From NCBI RefSeq assembly GCF_009914755.1, contig NC_060947.1: DNA of 64,000 nt; one strand, written 5' to 3'. The notes under the pieces were generated by a model, which was not told the DNA's origin, did not search any database, and saw only the letters and a list, made by a program, of their open reading frames with translations. Shown one piece after another: positions 40,101 to 62,960 of this stretch (the first letter of the stretch is position 1; each line of letters starts with the position of its first letter). The position numbers and the translations under genes were made by a program. The DNA is from the human T2T-CHM13v2.0 reference genome, Homo sapiens.

Positions 40101-41530
40101 TTCTTCAGGAATACCAATTATTCTTAGATTTGGTCATTTAACATAATCCCAGACTTCTTGGAGGCTTTCTTCGCATTTTATTATTCTTTTTTTCCTTTGT
40201 GTTTGTTGGATTGTGTTAATTTGAAAACCTTGCCTTCGAGCTCTGAATATCTTTCTTCTACTTGTTAGATTTTATTGTTGAGACTTTCCAGAGCATTTTG
40301 CATTTCTATAACTGTGTCCATTGTTTCCTGAAGTTTTGATTGTTTTTTCTTTATGCTCTCTATTTCTTTGAATATTTCCCCCTTCTCTTCTTGTATCTTT
40401 TTTTTTTTTTAATTTTCTTACATGGGGCTTCGCCTTTCTCTAGTGCCTCCTTGATTAGCTTAATAACTAACCTCCTGAATTATTTTTCATGTAAATCAGG
40501 GGTTTCTTCTTGGTTTAGATCTATTGCTGGCGAGCTAGTGTGATTTTTGGGGAGTCTTTAAGAACCTTGTTTTGTCATGTTACCTGAGTTGATTTTCTCG
40601 TTCCTTCTCATTTGGGTAGGCTCCTCAGAGGGAATGTCTAGGGCTGAAGGCTGTTGTTCAGATTCTTTTGTCTCACAGGGTGTGTTTTCGATGTAGTGCC
40701 CACCCCCTTTTTCTACAGATGTGGCTCCCTTAGAGCCAAGCTGTAGTGATTGTTATCTCTATTTTGGATCTAGCCACCCAGCAAGTCTATCCAGCTCTGG
40801 GCTGGAACTTGGGGTTGTCTGCACAGAGTCCTGTGATGTGAACAATCTGTGGGTCTCTCAGCCATGGATACCAGCACAGTATTTGGGGTATATCCCAGGT
40901 CCTGCAAGAGCAATCCTCTTCCTTCAGAGAGTCTGTGGTTCCTCTTGTGTTTCTTGATTTATTTCTTCAGTTGTTCTGGAGCAAAAATTTACGATGTGGG
41001 CCTCCACACTCTGCTCTGTTCATCTGAGTAACAGCTGCAATCTAGTCCTTCCTCAAGTCTGCCATGATCCCTCCCTCCCATCTGCCATAATCCTCTTAAA
41101 GAACTTAAAACAAAACAACCATTTGACCCAGCAATCCCATTACTGACTATGTATCTACAAGACAACATATTGTTCTACCAAAAGGTCATGTATTCACATG
41201 TTCATGGCCACACTATTCACAATAGCAAAGACATTGAATCGACCTAGGTGCCCATCAACGGTAAACCAGATAAAGAAAATATGCTACATATACACCATGA
41301 AATGCTATGCAGCCATAAAAGAATGAAATCAGATTCTTTGCAGCAAAATGAATTTAGCTGGAGGCCATTATCCTAAGCAAATTGACAAAATAAAATACCA
41401 CATGTTCTCACTTATAAATAGGGGCTAAACGTTGAGTACTTATGGATATAAAGACAGCAACAATAGAAACTGAAGGCTACTAGAGGGAGGAGAGGGGGAG
41501 ATGGGCAAGGGTTGAAAAATAATTACTGGG

Positions 41531-44265
<2,735 letters not shown>

Positions 44266-44266
<1 letters not shown>

Positions 44267-45408
44267 TATATATGTATATATATACACATATATATACATA
44301 TATACACATATATACGCGTATATATGTATATATACATATGCGTATATATACGTATACGCATATATGCGTATATATACGTATACGCATATATGCGTACGTA
44401 TACGCATATATGCGTATATATACGTATACACATATATGCACATATGTGTATATATGTATATATGCACATATGTGTATATATGTATGTACATATACACATA
44501 TATGTATGTATATATACACATATATGTATATATGTATACATGTATATATGTATATACACACATATGTGTATATGTGTATATGTGTATATGTGTATATACA
44601 CACATATGTGTATATGTGTATATGTGTATATACACACATATGTGTATATGTGTATATGTGTATATACACACATATGTGTATATGTGTATATGTGTATATA
44701 CACATATGTGTATATGTGTATATGTGTATATATGTATATACACACATGTGTGTATATGTGTATATATGTATATACACACATGTGTGTATATGTGTATATA
44801 TGTATATACACACATGTGTGTATATGTGTATATACACACATGTGTGTATATGTGTATATACACACATGTGTGTATATGTGTATATACACACATGTGTGTA
44901 TATGTGTATATACACACATGTGTGTATATGTGTATATACACACATGTGTGTATATGTGTATATACACACATGTGTGTATATGTGTATACATACACACATG
45001 TGCGTATATGTGTATACATACACACATATGCGTATATGTGTATATATGTATACATACACACATATGCATATATGTGTATATATGTATACATACACACATA
45101 TGCATATATGTGTGTATATATGTATACATACACACATATGCATATATGTGTGTGTATATGTATACATACACACATGCATATATGTGTGTGTATATGTATA
45201 CATACACACATATGCATATATGTGTGTGTATATGTATACATACATATATGCATATATGTGTATATATGTATACATACATATATGCATATATGTGTATATA
45301 TGTATATACACACATACATGTATGTGTGTATATATGTATATACACACATACATGTATATGTGTTTATATGTATATACACATATACATGTATGTGTGTATA
45401 TATATGTA
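44266..45408. repeat. ~1.14-kb alternating purine-pyrimidine micro/minisatellite (TA/CA/TG/CG)
   Basis: Near-continuous RY alternation; central 26-bp unit TATATGTGTATATACACACATGTGTG. Confidence 0.97.
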
Positions 45409-46308
45409 AATAAGGACATTAAAGACAGTGCAGATAAATGGAATGATATTCCAAGTTTATGAATTAGAAGGATTAATTAGCTTCATTATGATAATTTTAA
45501 AACATGTGTGTGTACCAAATTGTCATGTTGTAAACCTTAAATGTATGCTCTTTAACTGGAGAGTATTACTCAATAAAAATTAAAATAGAAAAAACAAACC
45601 CAACTAACTACTGGGTACTAAGCTCACTATCTGAGTGATGGGATCATTCATACCCTACACCTTAGCCTCATACAATATACCCAAGTAACAATCCTGCACA
45701 TGTATCCCCCCGAATCTAAAATAGAAGTTTAAAAAAATAAATTTTGCCTTTGAATGCTACTGCCTGAGCAAATACCCTAATATTAGATCCATTGTATGCT
45801 GCATTATGCACTATATGGTTCTTTATAAAGCATTGAAAAATATCTTAAAGTATCCATTTTATAGACAAAGTTAAAAAACATCTTCAGAGAAAGGAATCAT
45901 AGATTATCCTTGAAGCTACCAAGAATTAGCAAATAAGCCATGAATGTAGGTTAGAGTACTTAAATTCAGAACGTATACATTTAACATCCTTTCCTGTTTT
46001 TGTAGTGTCAAATAGAAACTGCTATCTGCTATATTATTCATACCTGAATGGCTGTCTTGGATGCTGGTGACTTCATTTCTGATTTATACAGTGGTCTACT
46101 AGTCAGCCAGAGTTATATGATCCAAGCCATTGGAACATGAACAGCAGTCCAAGCACTAAAGCATTTGATTCCGTGCTGTGGTTTTACTTAAAAGAAGTAA
46201 AACTCACTAATGTGCCATGGAAAACAAGAGTTCAGTTTCTAAACTCAGAGGCAATCAAACTTAAAAACTTTGGAAATAAGCACCAGAAATCTTGATAATA
46301 ATAAGCAC

Positions 46309-46433
46309 TTCTTCAGTTCTGCAAATTTGGCATCCATGTTGCTCTGCTTCTCTCTCATCTCTTGTACTTCAGCCATCATTCTCTGGAACACATTAGGGTA
46401 GATTCTGATATCCTCAATTTTAATTGTTGGCAC
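46309..46433 (-). pseudogene. HSF3: HSF3 exon 4 (HR-A)
   Basis: ttccattttag|GTG; open 125-nt exon VPTIKIEDIRIYPNVFQRMMAEVQEMREKQSNMDAKFAELKK; weak donor AA|gtgctt; overlaps track ORF 46245..46433. Confidence 0.92.
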
Positions 46434-48308
46434 CTAAAATGGAAACAGTACACTTGTATTGGTTAGAAATTTCACATACCGTCGGCTCTCCATTATGGGT
46501 ACTAATGAAAGAGAAGAGGCATTATTAACCTAAAACAATAGACTAAATTTTACAAATGTACCTCTTTTATAGCACTAAGAAAAGAATGCCTCATAATAGT
46601 TATTACATACTTTCTCATCTCTCCTACTAATTTAAAAGAGGATTACAAATATAGTCTCTCCCATCCTTCCCCCCAATTCCCAGAACAATACCTTACATAT
46701 AGTAGACCAACAATAAATGTTTACTTAATTAAGCATATATTTTTGAGTAAATTTTACACATTAAGAACTGTGAGGGGACTGCAAGGATTAATATGTCATA
46801 GTTTCTATCCCGAAATAATTGAAAATATCCTACAGTGAGAGAATATATATAATTACAGAAGATAGTAAAGAAATTAGATGTGACTTTTACAGGCAGGGAA
46901 GTGCATTATTTAGAAACAAACCTCATTCTGTTTAGACTTGACCTCTGACCTTTTCCCAGCTCTTCCCTTTTGGAAGTGATTATGAGTGGTGTTGGAGAGG
47001 AGGCTTTATCTCATGGGATAATCTACAGTGTGGTTAATTCTCAGAAACAATCCTAAGTATCCAAAGTAGGCTACAGTTTCATTTTATAGGCTAAGTAGGT
47101 TAGGAACATATTGAACTACGTGTTTCATAAAACGAAGCATCATGCTAGAGTTCTACAGTTAAATGCAGAATAATATCTGTAACAATGATGTAATTATTTC
47201 CACAGGTGGTGACTAAGCAGGCTTTAATGATTTGGACCTGCACTGCTTGAGTATGCCTATAAGATGCAATATTGTTACATTTAATAAATCTTTTAAAACG
47301 TCTTATTTTTTCAGAATCCCATGGTATAGGCAGAACAAAAATTTTCATTTAGTAAGTACAGATAAGTAACAACAATAAAACTTTAACAGAATAAAACAAC
47401 ACATCGCATTATCATATAATACTCTAACTTGAAAGCTTTACATTTTTCAACTACTGTAAGTAAGCCTAGGTTCTAGCTAGCAAATAACTATAGACTATAG
47501 GTACCTCAAATTTGAATGGGAAATGGAAATGGAAAATTCTAACTTGTTTTCATCTGCTGTAAATGTGTCTGTAGAATAAGCTCATCTGTCAAAGATCCCT
47601 CATGGAGTTAACATATCGGGAATGAAGGTTAGATATTTAGACATAAAAAGATGACTATATCTGAAAAGCAGTATGTAATAAATGACAAATGAATAGCACA
47701 GATAATAAATTTTATCAGCATTAAAAAGAGAGAGCAATCCCATTTGGAATGAACTAGATGTCTGTTTTGATTCTGTGATAATGAAATAATTGCCTGTAAT
47801 CTGTTTAGGCCAGAGACCACTCCTTTATTTTGTAGAAGGCATATACCATTTCCCAAATATCAGTAAACAAATGGGCACAAAAGCTAACCAGCCAATGCAA
47901 TACTAGAAAAAGCATTTGAAGTTTTTGTTTTCTTCTACAAGAAAATAGAAGAAAAATCTGGTATCTCCTTTAGTATGCTGATGGTCACTTGCACTTACTA
48001 ATCGGATATGAAAATCATTGTTTCATATTTGGAAGCTTTAAACTCAAATTAAATATTGGTCAGTTCATATGTCTAAATATTATTCTCAGTGAGACCAACA
48101 AGATGAAGAGCTACGTAGACTCAGAGATGTCTGTACATGGCTCCTTTTTCAATGGGAATGGATAATGATTCATCTTAGTTACGTTTCTCCTTCTTCTTCT
48201 ACCTCACATAATGAAGAAGGTTATTACAAGGTCACAACAACTAAAACAAAGACCATAATGCTTTTGTATTATGAAAAAAGTGCACTGTGAACCAAGTTTC
48301 GTCTATTC

Positions 48309-48677
48309 CAGTGGTTCTTCACTCTTTGGTCTTATGGCCCCTTAACACTCTTAAAACTTTTTAGGAACTCCAAAAACTGTGTTTATATGGGTTGTATCTA
48401 TCAATATTTACAATATTAAAATTTAAAACTAATAAAAATTTTGAATACAAATTTCTTTAAAAATTATAATAATATGAACATTATATGTTAACATTAGAAT
48501 TACATTATAAGACATTATGTATCCTTTGGAAAATTCTACTGTACTTATTAGAGAATGAAGAGTGATAAAAGGCTACTGATGTCTTGGTATTATTATAAAA
48601 ATAATTCTGAACTCACATATCCCATGAAATGTCTTGAGACCCCCAGGGGTTCACAAATCATGCTTTGAGAACCACTG
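48309..48677. mobile_element. hAT-Charlie family DNA transposon deletion derivative
   Basis: Terminal inverted repeats CAGTGGTTCT...AGAACCACTG; 8-bp flanks GTCTATTC/ATCTAATT resembling the NTCTAGAN target. Confidence 0.8.
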
Positions 48678-48931
48678 ATCTAATTTATATTCCAAATACT
48701 TCCGGTTTTGCTTTTTGTCTCTAACTTCCAATACATAGACATCATCTGAATATAAGGTTCATGCAAAATATCAACATACACAGACATCTCATAAGTGAAA
48801 AACTGTGTTACTATTGACTTATAAGCAGCTCTGGGGGTGGGCAGGCAGGTTCAGCAGATATTTTGCTTATTAAGAAACATATCAAAATAAAGTTATGGCT
48901 TCATAACTATTCCTAGTCTCATATGCCTACA

Positions 48932-49251
48932 TTTTTCTTTTTCTTTTTCTTTTTTCTTTTTTTTTTTTTGAGACAGAATCTCACTCTGTCGCCCAGGCTG
49001 GAGTGCAGTAGCACTATTTTGGCTCACTGCAAACTCTGCTTCCTGATTTTAAGTGATTCTTGAGCCTCAGCCTCCCAAGTAGCTGAGATTACAGGCATGT
49101 GCCACCAAGCCCAGCTAATTTTTGTATTTTCAGTAGAGATGAGATTTCGCCATGTTGTCCAGGCTGTTCCAGAACTCCTGGTCTCAAGTGATCCACCCGC
49201 CTTGGCCTCCCAAAGTGCTGGGATTACAAGCGTGAGCCACCGTGGCCGGCC
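48932..49251 (-). mobile_element. AluS element
   Basis: T-rich tail, full dimer ending ggccggcc; flanking TGCCTAC repeats. Confidence 0.92.
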
Positions 49252-49524
49252 CTGCCTACTTTCTAAAATATTATATCCCCATCTACATGGGAATACGACA
49301 GGTGATAAAATGTGCCTTTGGAAGAGTGGTCATAAATTTTTGGATAAATTGATATCTAAAGGTCATCTTTCCAGAGAACTAGAAATGAATTTCCAGCTAG
49401 CAAATCTGAAGTGCCAGTGACTTGACGCTTAAGACTTAGAGAAATAGTAAAATGTTTAGATGAAGGAAAGACCTGGCTGCAACCCAAATGCTATGGAAAA
49501 AATGTTTGTTAAGAGTCCCCCTAC

Positions 49525-49650
49525 CTCGTGCTTGATATTTTGCAGAAGGCTGGTTTCCTCCATTTTGAAGAATGGATGCTGAAATTCCATTAGTTACTTT
49601 CTTCCGGCCAGTTGCACCATTTTCCAATGCAATCACTTTTCAGAAACCAC
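49525..49650 (-). pseudogene. HSF3: HSF3 exon 3 (DBD C-terminal half)
   Basis: GF*KVIALENGATGRKKVT / frameshift / MEFQHPFFKMEETSLLQNIKHE. TGA at 49640-49642 replaces the R of GFRKV; acceptor is AC not AG; donor GAG|gtagg. Confidence 0.93.
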
Positions 49651-49976
49651 GTAATAAAACAAAAATGAAAACAAAACAAAAAAACAACAAAAATAACAAA
49701 GGTAATAAAATAGACTGTTGACAGGAGAGCTAAAAAGATCAGAATAAATAAGTCATACTGAAAAATATTTGACTGCTACAAAGTACTAAATTTGTGCTTA
49801 ATAATAGTCAAACTAATTTCAAATTTGGAAACTAAGATCACAGTAACTTATAATTGAAATGTATGTATAATCCTTAAGCCTTATTTTACCCAATAGCTTC
49901 AACTTTCTGCAACACCCACTATACTACATTTCATCTAAGGATTATGGAGTGTGAACAAAATTAACTGATTTGAATT

Positions 49977-56153
<6,177 letters not shown>

Positions 56154-58289
56154 TTAACTGATTTGAATTTCATCTCCTTTTAATGCTCTGCTCACTCTTT
56201 GGAAATGATGTAAATAAAGGTAGTATGAGAAAGAAGAAACAAAGAGACTTGAAGAGATGACAATCTAGATCACCTGCCCCTGAATAAACAAGAATTGGAG
56301 GCATTGCATATGCATATGTATGTATTTTAATGTAAGAAGAAAGTCACAACAATGACTACATAACTAATCCAGAGAAAGCTAAGTGGGTATCAGTAAGATA
56401 CTTCTTAAAATGCAAGGAACTGCTACTTTCCAGGTGCAGTCTGGTTTATCTTAAGAGTGAGTCAGGAAAGGATGGTAACCAAGCATAATGAGGTACTTTG
56501 AAATGTTTGTTGAAACTAGATGTGGCTTACCTATCCTGTTCCTTTAAGCTCATGTAGGAATCTGGATTAATGAACACACACAGAGTTTCATAGTTCACAG
56601 AAACTAAGTAAGGAAAGAAGCAAAGTATACCAGTAGCTGTTAGCCAGAGTATGTATACATGAAAATACTATTTCAGAAATATTGTTTCTTCATGTGTTAA
56701 GAAGTCTAACTTTCCCTTTGTGCCTTCTCTCAGGAAGGCATTGGTTTCCAAAGACATGCAGGGAGATTCTGTCTTATTCCGGTTTATGAGCAGTGTTTTT
56801 TAAATGCCCTGATGAGGATATGAATCACATTCTTTATACCATCATAATCTAGCAACAAAACTTGGCATAGAATTCTTCTTCTTGGGCTTAAAATACCACT
56901 CATAACTGTTTTTGCTGAAAATTAAAAGGGAACTTTTTATCTCATATTTGAAACATAAGTCACAAGAATAACTAACATTTATGCTTTAAATTATTAATCC
57001 TAGTTTTCAGAATTTTATTATTATAAAGATCACTGTACTTTAAGTGATAAGATATTAAACTTTGTGTCGAGCATGAGGAATCTCAATGTACTTTGCTAGG
57101 AAGAAAGCTACAGCTGAATTCTAACCAAAAGCAACCTCAACTTTATAAGTACTTCCTTTGAAATATTAGACACTAGGCCTTCATGTGTCAATTCATGTGA
57201 GTAGTGACTACTTTCTTTCTGGGGCGTAATCAGCTTCTATTTCCTGGATAACCTAGGGCAATAAATAAAATGTTCTTGCTATGGAAAAAGCTACAAATGA
57301 GACTACATTGTTCAATCTTCAAATTCCTCCAGAGACTCAAACTGGATATGGGAAGAAAACGTATTTTTTTCTTTGATCTTTTATTAGGTTCTATATCACT
57401 CTATCTCTTTTTCTTATTTTTCTTTAGTAGTTTTCCCCCTTTTATCTTTAAACATAAACCCCTCTATCTTCTCTACATTTATTTGAGCTACCTCGTATGC
57501 AATACTTTAAACACATGCGTGAGAATTCCTCTCTGAATTTTGAATTCTTGAATCCTATCCAACTTATATTTTGTCCCAAGGAGATATTACAGTCTACTCA
57601 CTCTCTTTGGTACCCCGCCCTTCCAAAGGACGGTCAGGATCCTCCTGAATAGATCATACACTTTTGGTCTGAAGTTTGTATGCATACTCTATCTGATTAT
57701 ACTTCCCTGAAATATACCGTGGGGCATTTTCTAGAGGGCCTCTGTCCTACATGATAAAGCATGTTATGCGTAGTCCAGGCACCCTGCTGATATTCACTAA
57801 GAATAATAATTTCATGGGAATTTTCTAGTCTAGGAAAATCATAATTTGCTTTTTAATAAAAACTCTCCCTCAGGTTTTCTTGACACATGTGTCAAAGGTA
57901 AAAATACTTTAGGTAAACAGAGCCCGACATCCCGCACCCCCAGCTTTGGGGTGAAAGGGGTTAAACAAGGGCAGCTGCAAATCTATGCCTAACCAATAGG
58001 GGGAGTTGCCAGAATATATTTTATAAGGGGACATATTTCTTTCAGGAATTACTTTCTGAAGCATTACTTCTCCCCCATGTGGTGAAAGGTTTAACTTTCA
58101 TTTCTAATTCCCGCATCCTCTATTAGAGGAGATAATATAAAAGTTATGACTTAGGATTCTTTTTTTTTATTGAAGATCCACTTTTTAAAAATAAAGATAT
58201 ATTATTTCTCAATTTAGAATACATTTAAAACCAAACAAGCTAACATATATCCCCATGGCCATTCCACTCTAAAACTTTTAATTTTCTTA

Positions 58290-58530
58290 TTTATCCATTT
58301 AACAAACATTTACTGAACACAACTCCATCTCAGGTAGTTGGCTAGGCTCTGTGGAGGATGAACAGGCCAATGAGATGCAATTTCTGTCTTCAAGAAGCTA
58401 ATAATTTAGCAGGAAATACAAATACCTTCATGACTACTGTTAACACAACATGATTGAATACTGGAGTAAGGACCATAAAAAGTGTTTGGGAGAATACAGG
58501 AGGAAATAGTGAATTATGCCTGCGGTGGTT
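58290..58530 (-). mobile_element. L2 fragment
   Basis: tccatttaacaaacatttactgaacac...ctaggctctgtgga...tgtcttcaagaagct. Confidence 0.6.
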
Positions 58531-59545
58531 GGGGATATATCATATATCTCCACAAGAAACCTCACAAAATAGAAAAATTCAGACTTGTTTTTCTAGAAAA
58601 CTTGTCACAGGAATAAAAATTCTCCCACAGAATTCCATAGGAAGAAAATGTGCATCAGGATATTTGATGAATCTCATATATATTGCTTTATTAAAAAAAA
58701 AACCCTGCTAACCTGTTGAACACAGAAAATGAAAAAAAATGAAAAAGGCTAACTCATTTGAGAGTGAATGATCATCAGCCGATGTAGTTTTCCTTAACAT
58801 CTGTACATTCCCAGAGAATAAAGCCATGAGAAATAAATGCTGCTATTGAAGAAAGGTGATTCTAAAGCAGAGGTTTCTGAAACTTGTCTATAACATTCAA
58901 CAAATGATTTGTCTGTAACTTATCTATAAAACAGACAATTCAATGATTAGCAAATGTGTGATAAATATTATAAAAACAACACTGTAGCCTATCTACACTC
59001 CTTCATAGTTCCTGCTTTAGAGATGAGTAACGTCCCCTTGCCAATATCCCTCTTCTAAGAATATGCAACTTTTTAAAAGGGAGACATACATATCCAAATA
59101 ACCACAATAAAGTCAGGCTATAATAAAGTGTGGAGTGGGGGAAATGGGGTGTCATTGCTAATCAGCAGGGGATTTCTTTTGGTGTGATGGAAATATTCTA
59201 GAATTAGATTGTAATTATGGTTGCACCACTGTGTGTATACTAAATATGATAGAATTGACCACTTTAAATGGGTGAATTGTATAGTATGTGAATTAAATCT
59301 CAGTAAAAAAATCAGGCTGTGATAAGCACTGTGTTTGTCTTATAAATGAAGCACGGTGGGCATTTGTGAAAAGAGATTAATTCTGACTGGGGTATATGAG
59401 ACTTCTAGAGGGAGGTAAAATTTGAGCTGGGACTTGAAAGATGAAAACTCTGGTAAGCAAATACTAGGAATGAAGTTGGGAAGAAAGGGCAGTCCAGGAA
59501 AGGAAATGGCTTGATGAAAGGCATTGATATAGGAAAGGTAATGGC

Positions 59546-59797
59546 AGTGTTATACAAATTGTGGTCCGTGGAATGATGCTTGTCTGCAAACCATTTGTTA
59601 TTGGTTGTTGATCACATAAGTATAAAAACTGAGAGTAGTTCCTTAGAAACTTATATAGTAATGTGACATTGTTGTTACATCCAAACATCATCATTTTTTC
59701 TAATAATCCATTCTTATATTTCATAAAGTATTGATTTGTGATAGATCAGAACTTAAAAAAAATGTCCTTCACCATAGTCAGTTTGAGAAACAATGGT
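59546..59797. mobile_element. hAT-Charlie-like MER element
   Basis: cagtgttatacaaattgtggtcc...cagtttgagaaacaatg degenerate terminal inverted repeats. Confidence 0.6.
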
Positions 59798-59853
59798 ATA
59801 AGGCATGAAAAGAGAATAACTACCCTGTGTGGTGAAAAGATGTGTGTGTGTCT

Positions 59854-59856
<3 letters not shown>

Positions 59857-59896
<40 letters not shown>
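59857..59896. repeat. (CA)n microsatellite
   Basis: About 20 CA units; a second shorter tract near 60664-60696. Confidence 0.95.
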
Positions 59897-59899
<3 letters not shown>

Positions 59900-60054
59900 A
59901 CATGAATGAGAACAGAGGTGAGGTAAGAAGGAATAAAAAACAGAGGATAAGGCTGAACTGTCGAAGAATGTAAATGTCAGATACAGATGCTGGACTTATT
60001 TCATGTACTGTGGTGGGAATCAGCTGAGAGTTTTGAATAAGAATGACACAGTCT

Positions 60055-60350
60055 GGTCAGGTGCAGTGGCTCACACCTGTAATCACAACACCTTGGAGGC
60101 CAAGGCAGGAGGATAGCTTGAGCCCAGGAGTTTAAGGCCAGCCTGGGCAACATAGTGAGACCCCCATCCCTACAAAAAATTAAAAGTAAAAAAACAAACC
60201 TATGGTCCCAGCTACTCGGGAGGCTGAGGCAGGAGGATCACTTGAGTACTAGAGGTGGATGCTGCAGTCAGCTGTGATTGTGCTATTGCATTCCAGCTTG
60301 GGCTACAGAACAAGACTCTGTCTCAAAAATAAAAAAAAAAATAGAAAAGA
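60055..60350 (+). mobile_element. AluJ element
   Basis: ggtcaggtgcagtggctcacacctgtaatc...ggatagcttgagcccaggag, A-rich tail. Confidence 0.88.
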
Positions 60351-61317
60351 AACAGATTATATTTTGAAAAGTTAAAACAGACAGTAATAGGTATCACTAA
60401 TTAGAACAAGCAATATTTATAATTTATTAGAAAGGGTTAAAGGTTGGAATACTAAGAAACTACTCTTGGACAGTGAGAAAGTGGAAAGGAGGGGCACAAG
60501 GAAAAATAGGAGCTTGCTAATCTTTCCTACATAAGCACTAAGAAAATTAGACTATATAAAACATCAATAAGCAGTTGACTGGATTCTAAGAATATGGATG
60601 ACTTCCCCCCTCCTTTTGTGGTTTTATTTTCTAAATTTTCTTAACTGGTCATATGTCAACTTTACACACACACACACACGCACACACACACACACAGTAA
60701 TCTTTAAAGAGAAGACTATTACATTTCTTACTGACTATCCTATTAGTCAAGCTGCATTTTCTTACCATTGACCTCGACTAATTTACTGTAATTTCTCATT
60801 CTTAAAATAGTGGGGAGTATTTTTTCTATCTATGAGCCACAACAATAACCACTGAATTCAAAAATTTTATAAAAAGAATATATGTTACTATAAAACAAAT
60901 TAGTTTAGAAATGTGAAATATTATGGAAGAGTAAGAATTCAATGCACTATTTCTATTTGAAGCTTCTATTAATTTGGTATATATACTTTTATGTATTTCT
61001 CAATTATTTGTAATGGTAACACAAAAATCATGTATTAATAGAAAAAAGGGGTTTTGGGCAGCAGTAGAACTCATATATGTGCAGTGTCAGACCTTAAATT
61101 CCGAAGATCTGAGAGAGGAAGATAATTCACTTTTACTCAAAGTAATGGAGTCCAGACCTGACTTCTCTAGCATTATGACCTGGCACAAGTATATTTAATC
61201 TTCTTGGGCTCCATTCCTAAGCTGTAATATAACAGAATAGAACTTGATAAATTCAGTTCCATTCAGCTCTAAGATTCTATAACTCAAAAGGATTAATGCA
61301 GATCTTTTTCCAGAAAT

Positions 61318-61587
61318 ATATTTTTTTCTTTATTTCTTCTAAAAAAAGAAAGGGTGGGGGGATACATGTGCAGAGCGTGAGGGTTTGTTACATAGGTATT
61401 TGTGTGCCATGCTGGTTTGCTGCACCTATTGACCTGTCCTCTAAGTTCTCTCTCCTCATCCCCCACCCCACAGCAGGTCCTGGTGTGTGTTATTCCACTT
61501 TCTGTGTCAATGTGTTCTCATTGTTCAAGTCCCACTTATGTGAGAACATGCGGTGTTTGGTTTTCTATTCGTGTTTGCTGAGGATGA
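61318..61587 (-). mobile_element. L1PA (L1PA8A/10-like) 3'-end fragment
   Basis: gctgcacctattgacctgtcctctaagttc, same 3'UTR type as the 41531-44266 element. Confidence 0.85.
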
Positions 61588-61792
61588 AAGGAAATTTTTG
61601 TTTGGAACCCCAATCACTAAAATTGGTTTCCCAATCGATAAACCAAACTAAGTAGAATTTCAATAATAAACTGTTGTAATAGCCCCCACTCAACTCAGAG
61701 TGATATTCATATGTTTAAAAAAACAGTTAACTTTTCTGCAATATTCCACTGAATTATAATAATGCTTGCAGAAATAAAACAGTCATACTTAC

Positions 61793-61895
61793 ACATGTTG
61801 AGCTGTCGGAAGCTGGTCATATTATTTTGCTTCAAATATTTTGGAAAGTCTTTGGCAAAGGTTTGTTCATTCATAATATGAAAGCTCTGACCATA
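61793..61895 (-). pseudogene. HSF3: HSF3 exon 2 (DNA-binding domain)
   Basis: ttatttctag|TATGGT...AACATGT|gtaag; translates YGQSFHIMNEQTFAKDFPKYLKQNNMTSFRQLNM. 103 nt vs 109 nt in HSF1: two codons missing (FAKEVLPKY and SFVRQLN positions). Confidence 0.93.
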
Positions 61896-62049
61896 CTAGA
61901 AATAAGGGAACACCAAACAATGGTCTTGAAATGTTGCAATGAAGTTTCAACAAAGCAACAATTCAACAACAATGCATCAGAAGCCATAAACTTCAAAGAC
62001 TTGTGCAAATGTATAGCCAAAAATTGTTATCAAAATACTCTCCTATAGA

Positions 62050-62960
62050 GACAGAATTTGCCACAGAGAAAAACCATTAAAAAATGTAATGGATTTGACC
62101 ACAAAAAAAACCTATGTACATGAATACCATAAATTAAAAAATAAAATATAAACAAAATTAAAAGGTAAAATACAAAATGGGGAAATATTTTCAACACATA
62201 TAACAAAGAACTACTATTGTTAGCATGCAATAAGCTCTTATAAATTACTAAAAGACAAAAACTCCATTAGAAAAAAAAAATGGACAAAGACATAGAGAGG
62301 CAATTCAAATAATCAGCCAGTTAAGGTTTGGGAAAACGTGGTCAAAATGCAAGTTGTAACAGCAATGAGCTATAATCCTTTGCATATCAAATTGGCAAAG
62401 ATTGAAAACAATGTTAATCTCCAGTGTTGGCACATTGGTGAGAGTTCAAATAAACAGGCAACCACACTCTAGTGGTGGGAATTTAACATCTCTAACAATA
62501 TTTATATAAAACCTTAAGATATTCAATCTTTGGCTTAGAAACCTCATTTCAAGTATGTATGGGGACTAATTATGGATATGTGTCAAGATTCAGCTATAAG
62601 CTATTACTTACTTAAATAGTTGTATGTAATATGAAAAACTGGAAACAACCTAAATACTATAAAATTAGTTGCATGAAAAATACTATAAAATTAGTTGCAT
62701 GAAAAATTAAGCTGTATAAGAATGCTAATGAATGTCAATATTCATAATATATTTTAAGTAAAAAAAGAAACTTTCCAGGTAGTATAAAATAAAATAAATT
62801 ATTTTATAAATAAAAATACCCACATTCACAAAGTAATAGGACACAAAATGTTGACAGTGGTTATCACTAGATGATAATATAAACATTAATATTTTTTGCT
62901 TACTTCGATTTTCTAAATTTTCTACAACAAGCATATAATACTGTGATAAAAACCTATTTT
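62050..62960 (+). mobile_element. Highly diverged L1M (L1ME-like) ORF2 end and 3' region
   Basis: aaaatggggaaatattttcaacacatataacaaag...aaatggacaaagacat...ctggaaacaacctaaat. Confidence 0.6.

Noticed and set aside
46044-46110. RNEVTSIQ with a gtatga donor as candidate exon 5
   Set aside because: A far better 75-nt exon 5 exists at 33773-33847.
56838-56915. Acceptor followed by KKNSMPSFVARL*, resembling an HSF N-terminus
   Set aside because: Lies between exons 2 and 3 (wrong order) and the similarity stops after a few residues.
57430-58135. Slightly CpG-richer stretch that might be an LTR/ERV relic or regulatory element
   Set aside because: I could not identify termini, a TSD or a family; needs a Dfam search.
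62652-62706. Short tandem duplications (also near 5358-5396, 43258-43304 and 43726-43863)
   Set aside because: Ordinary slippage duplications, mostly inside decayed repeats.
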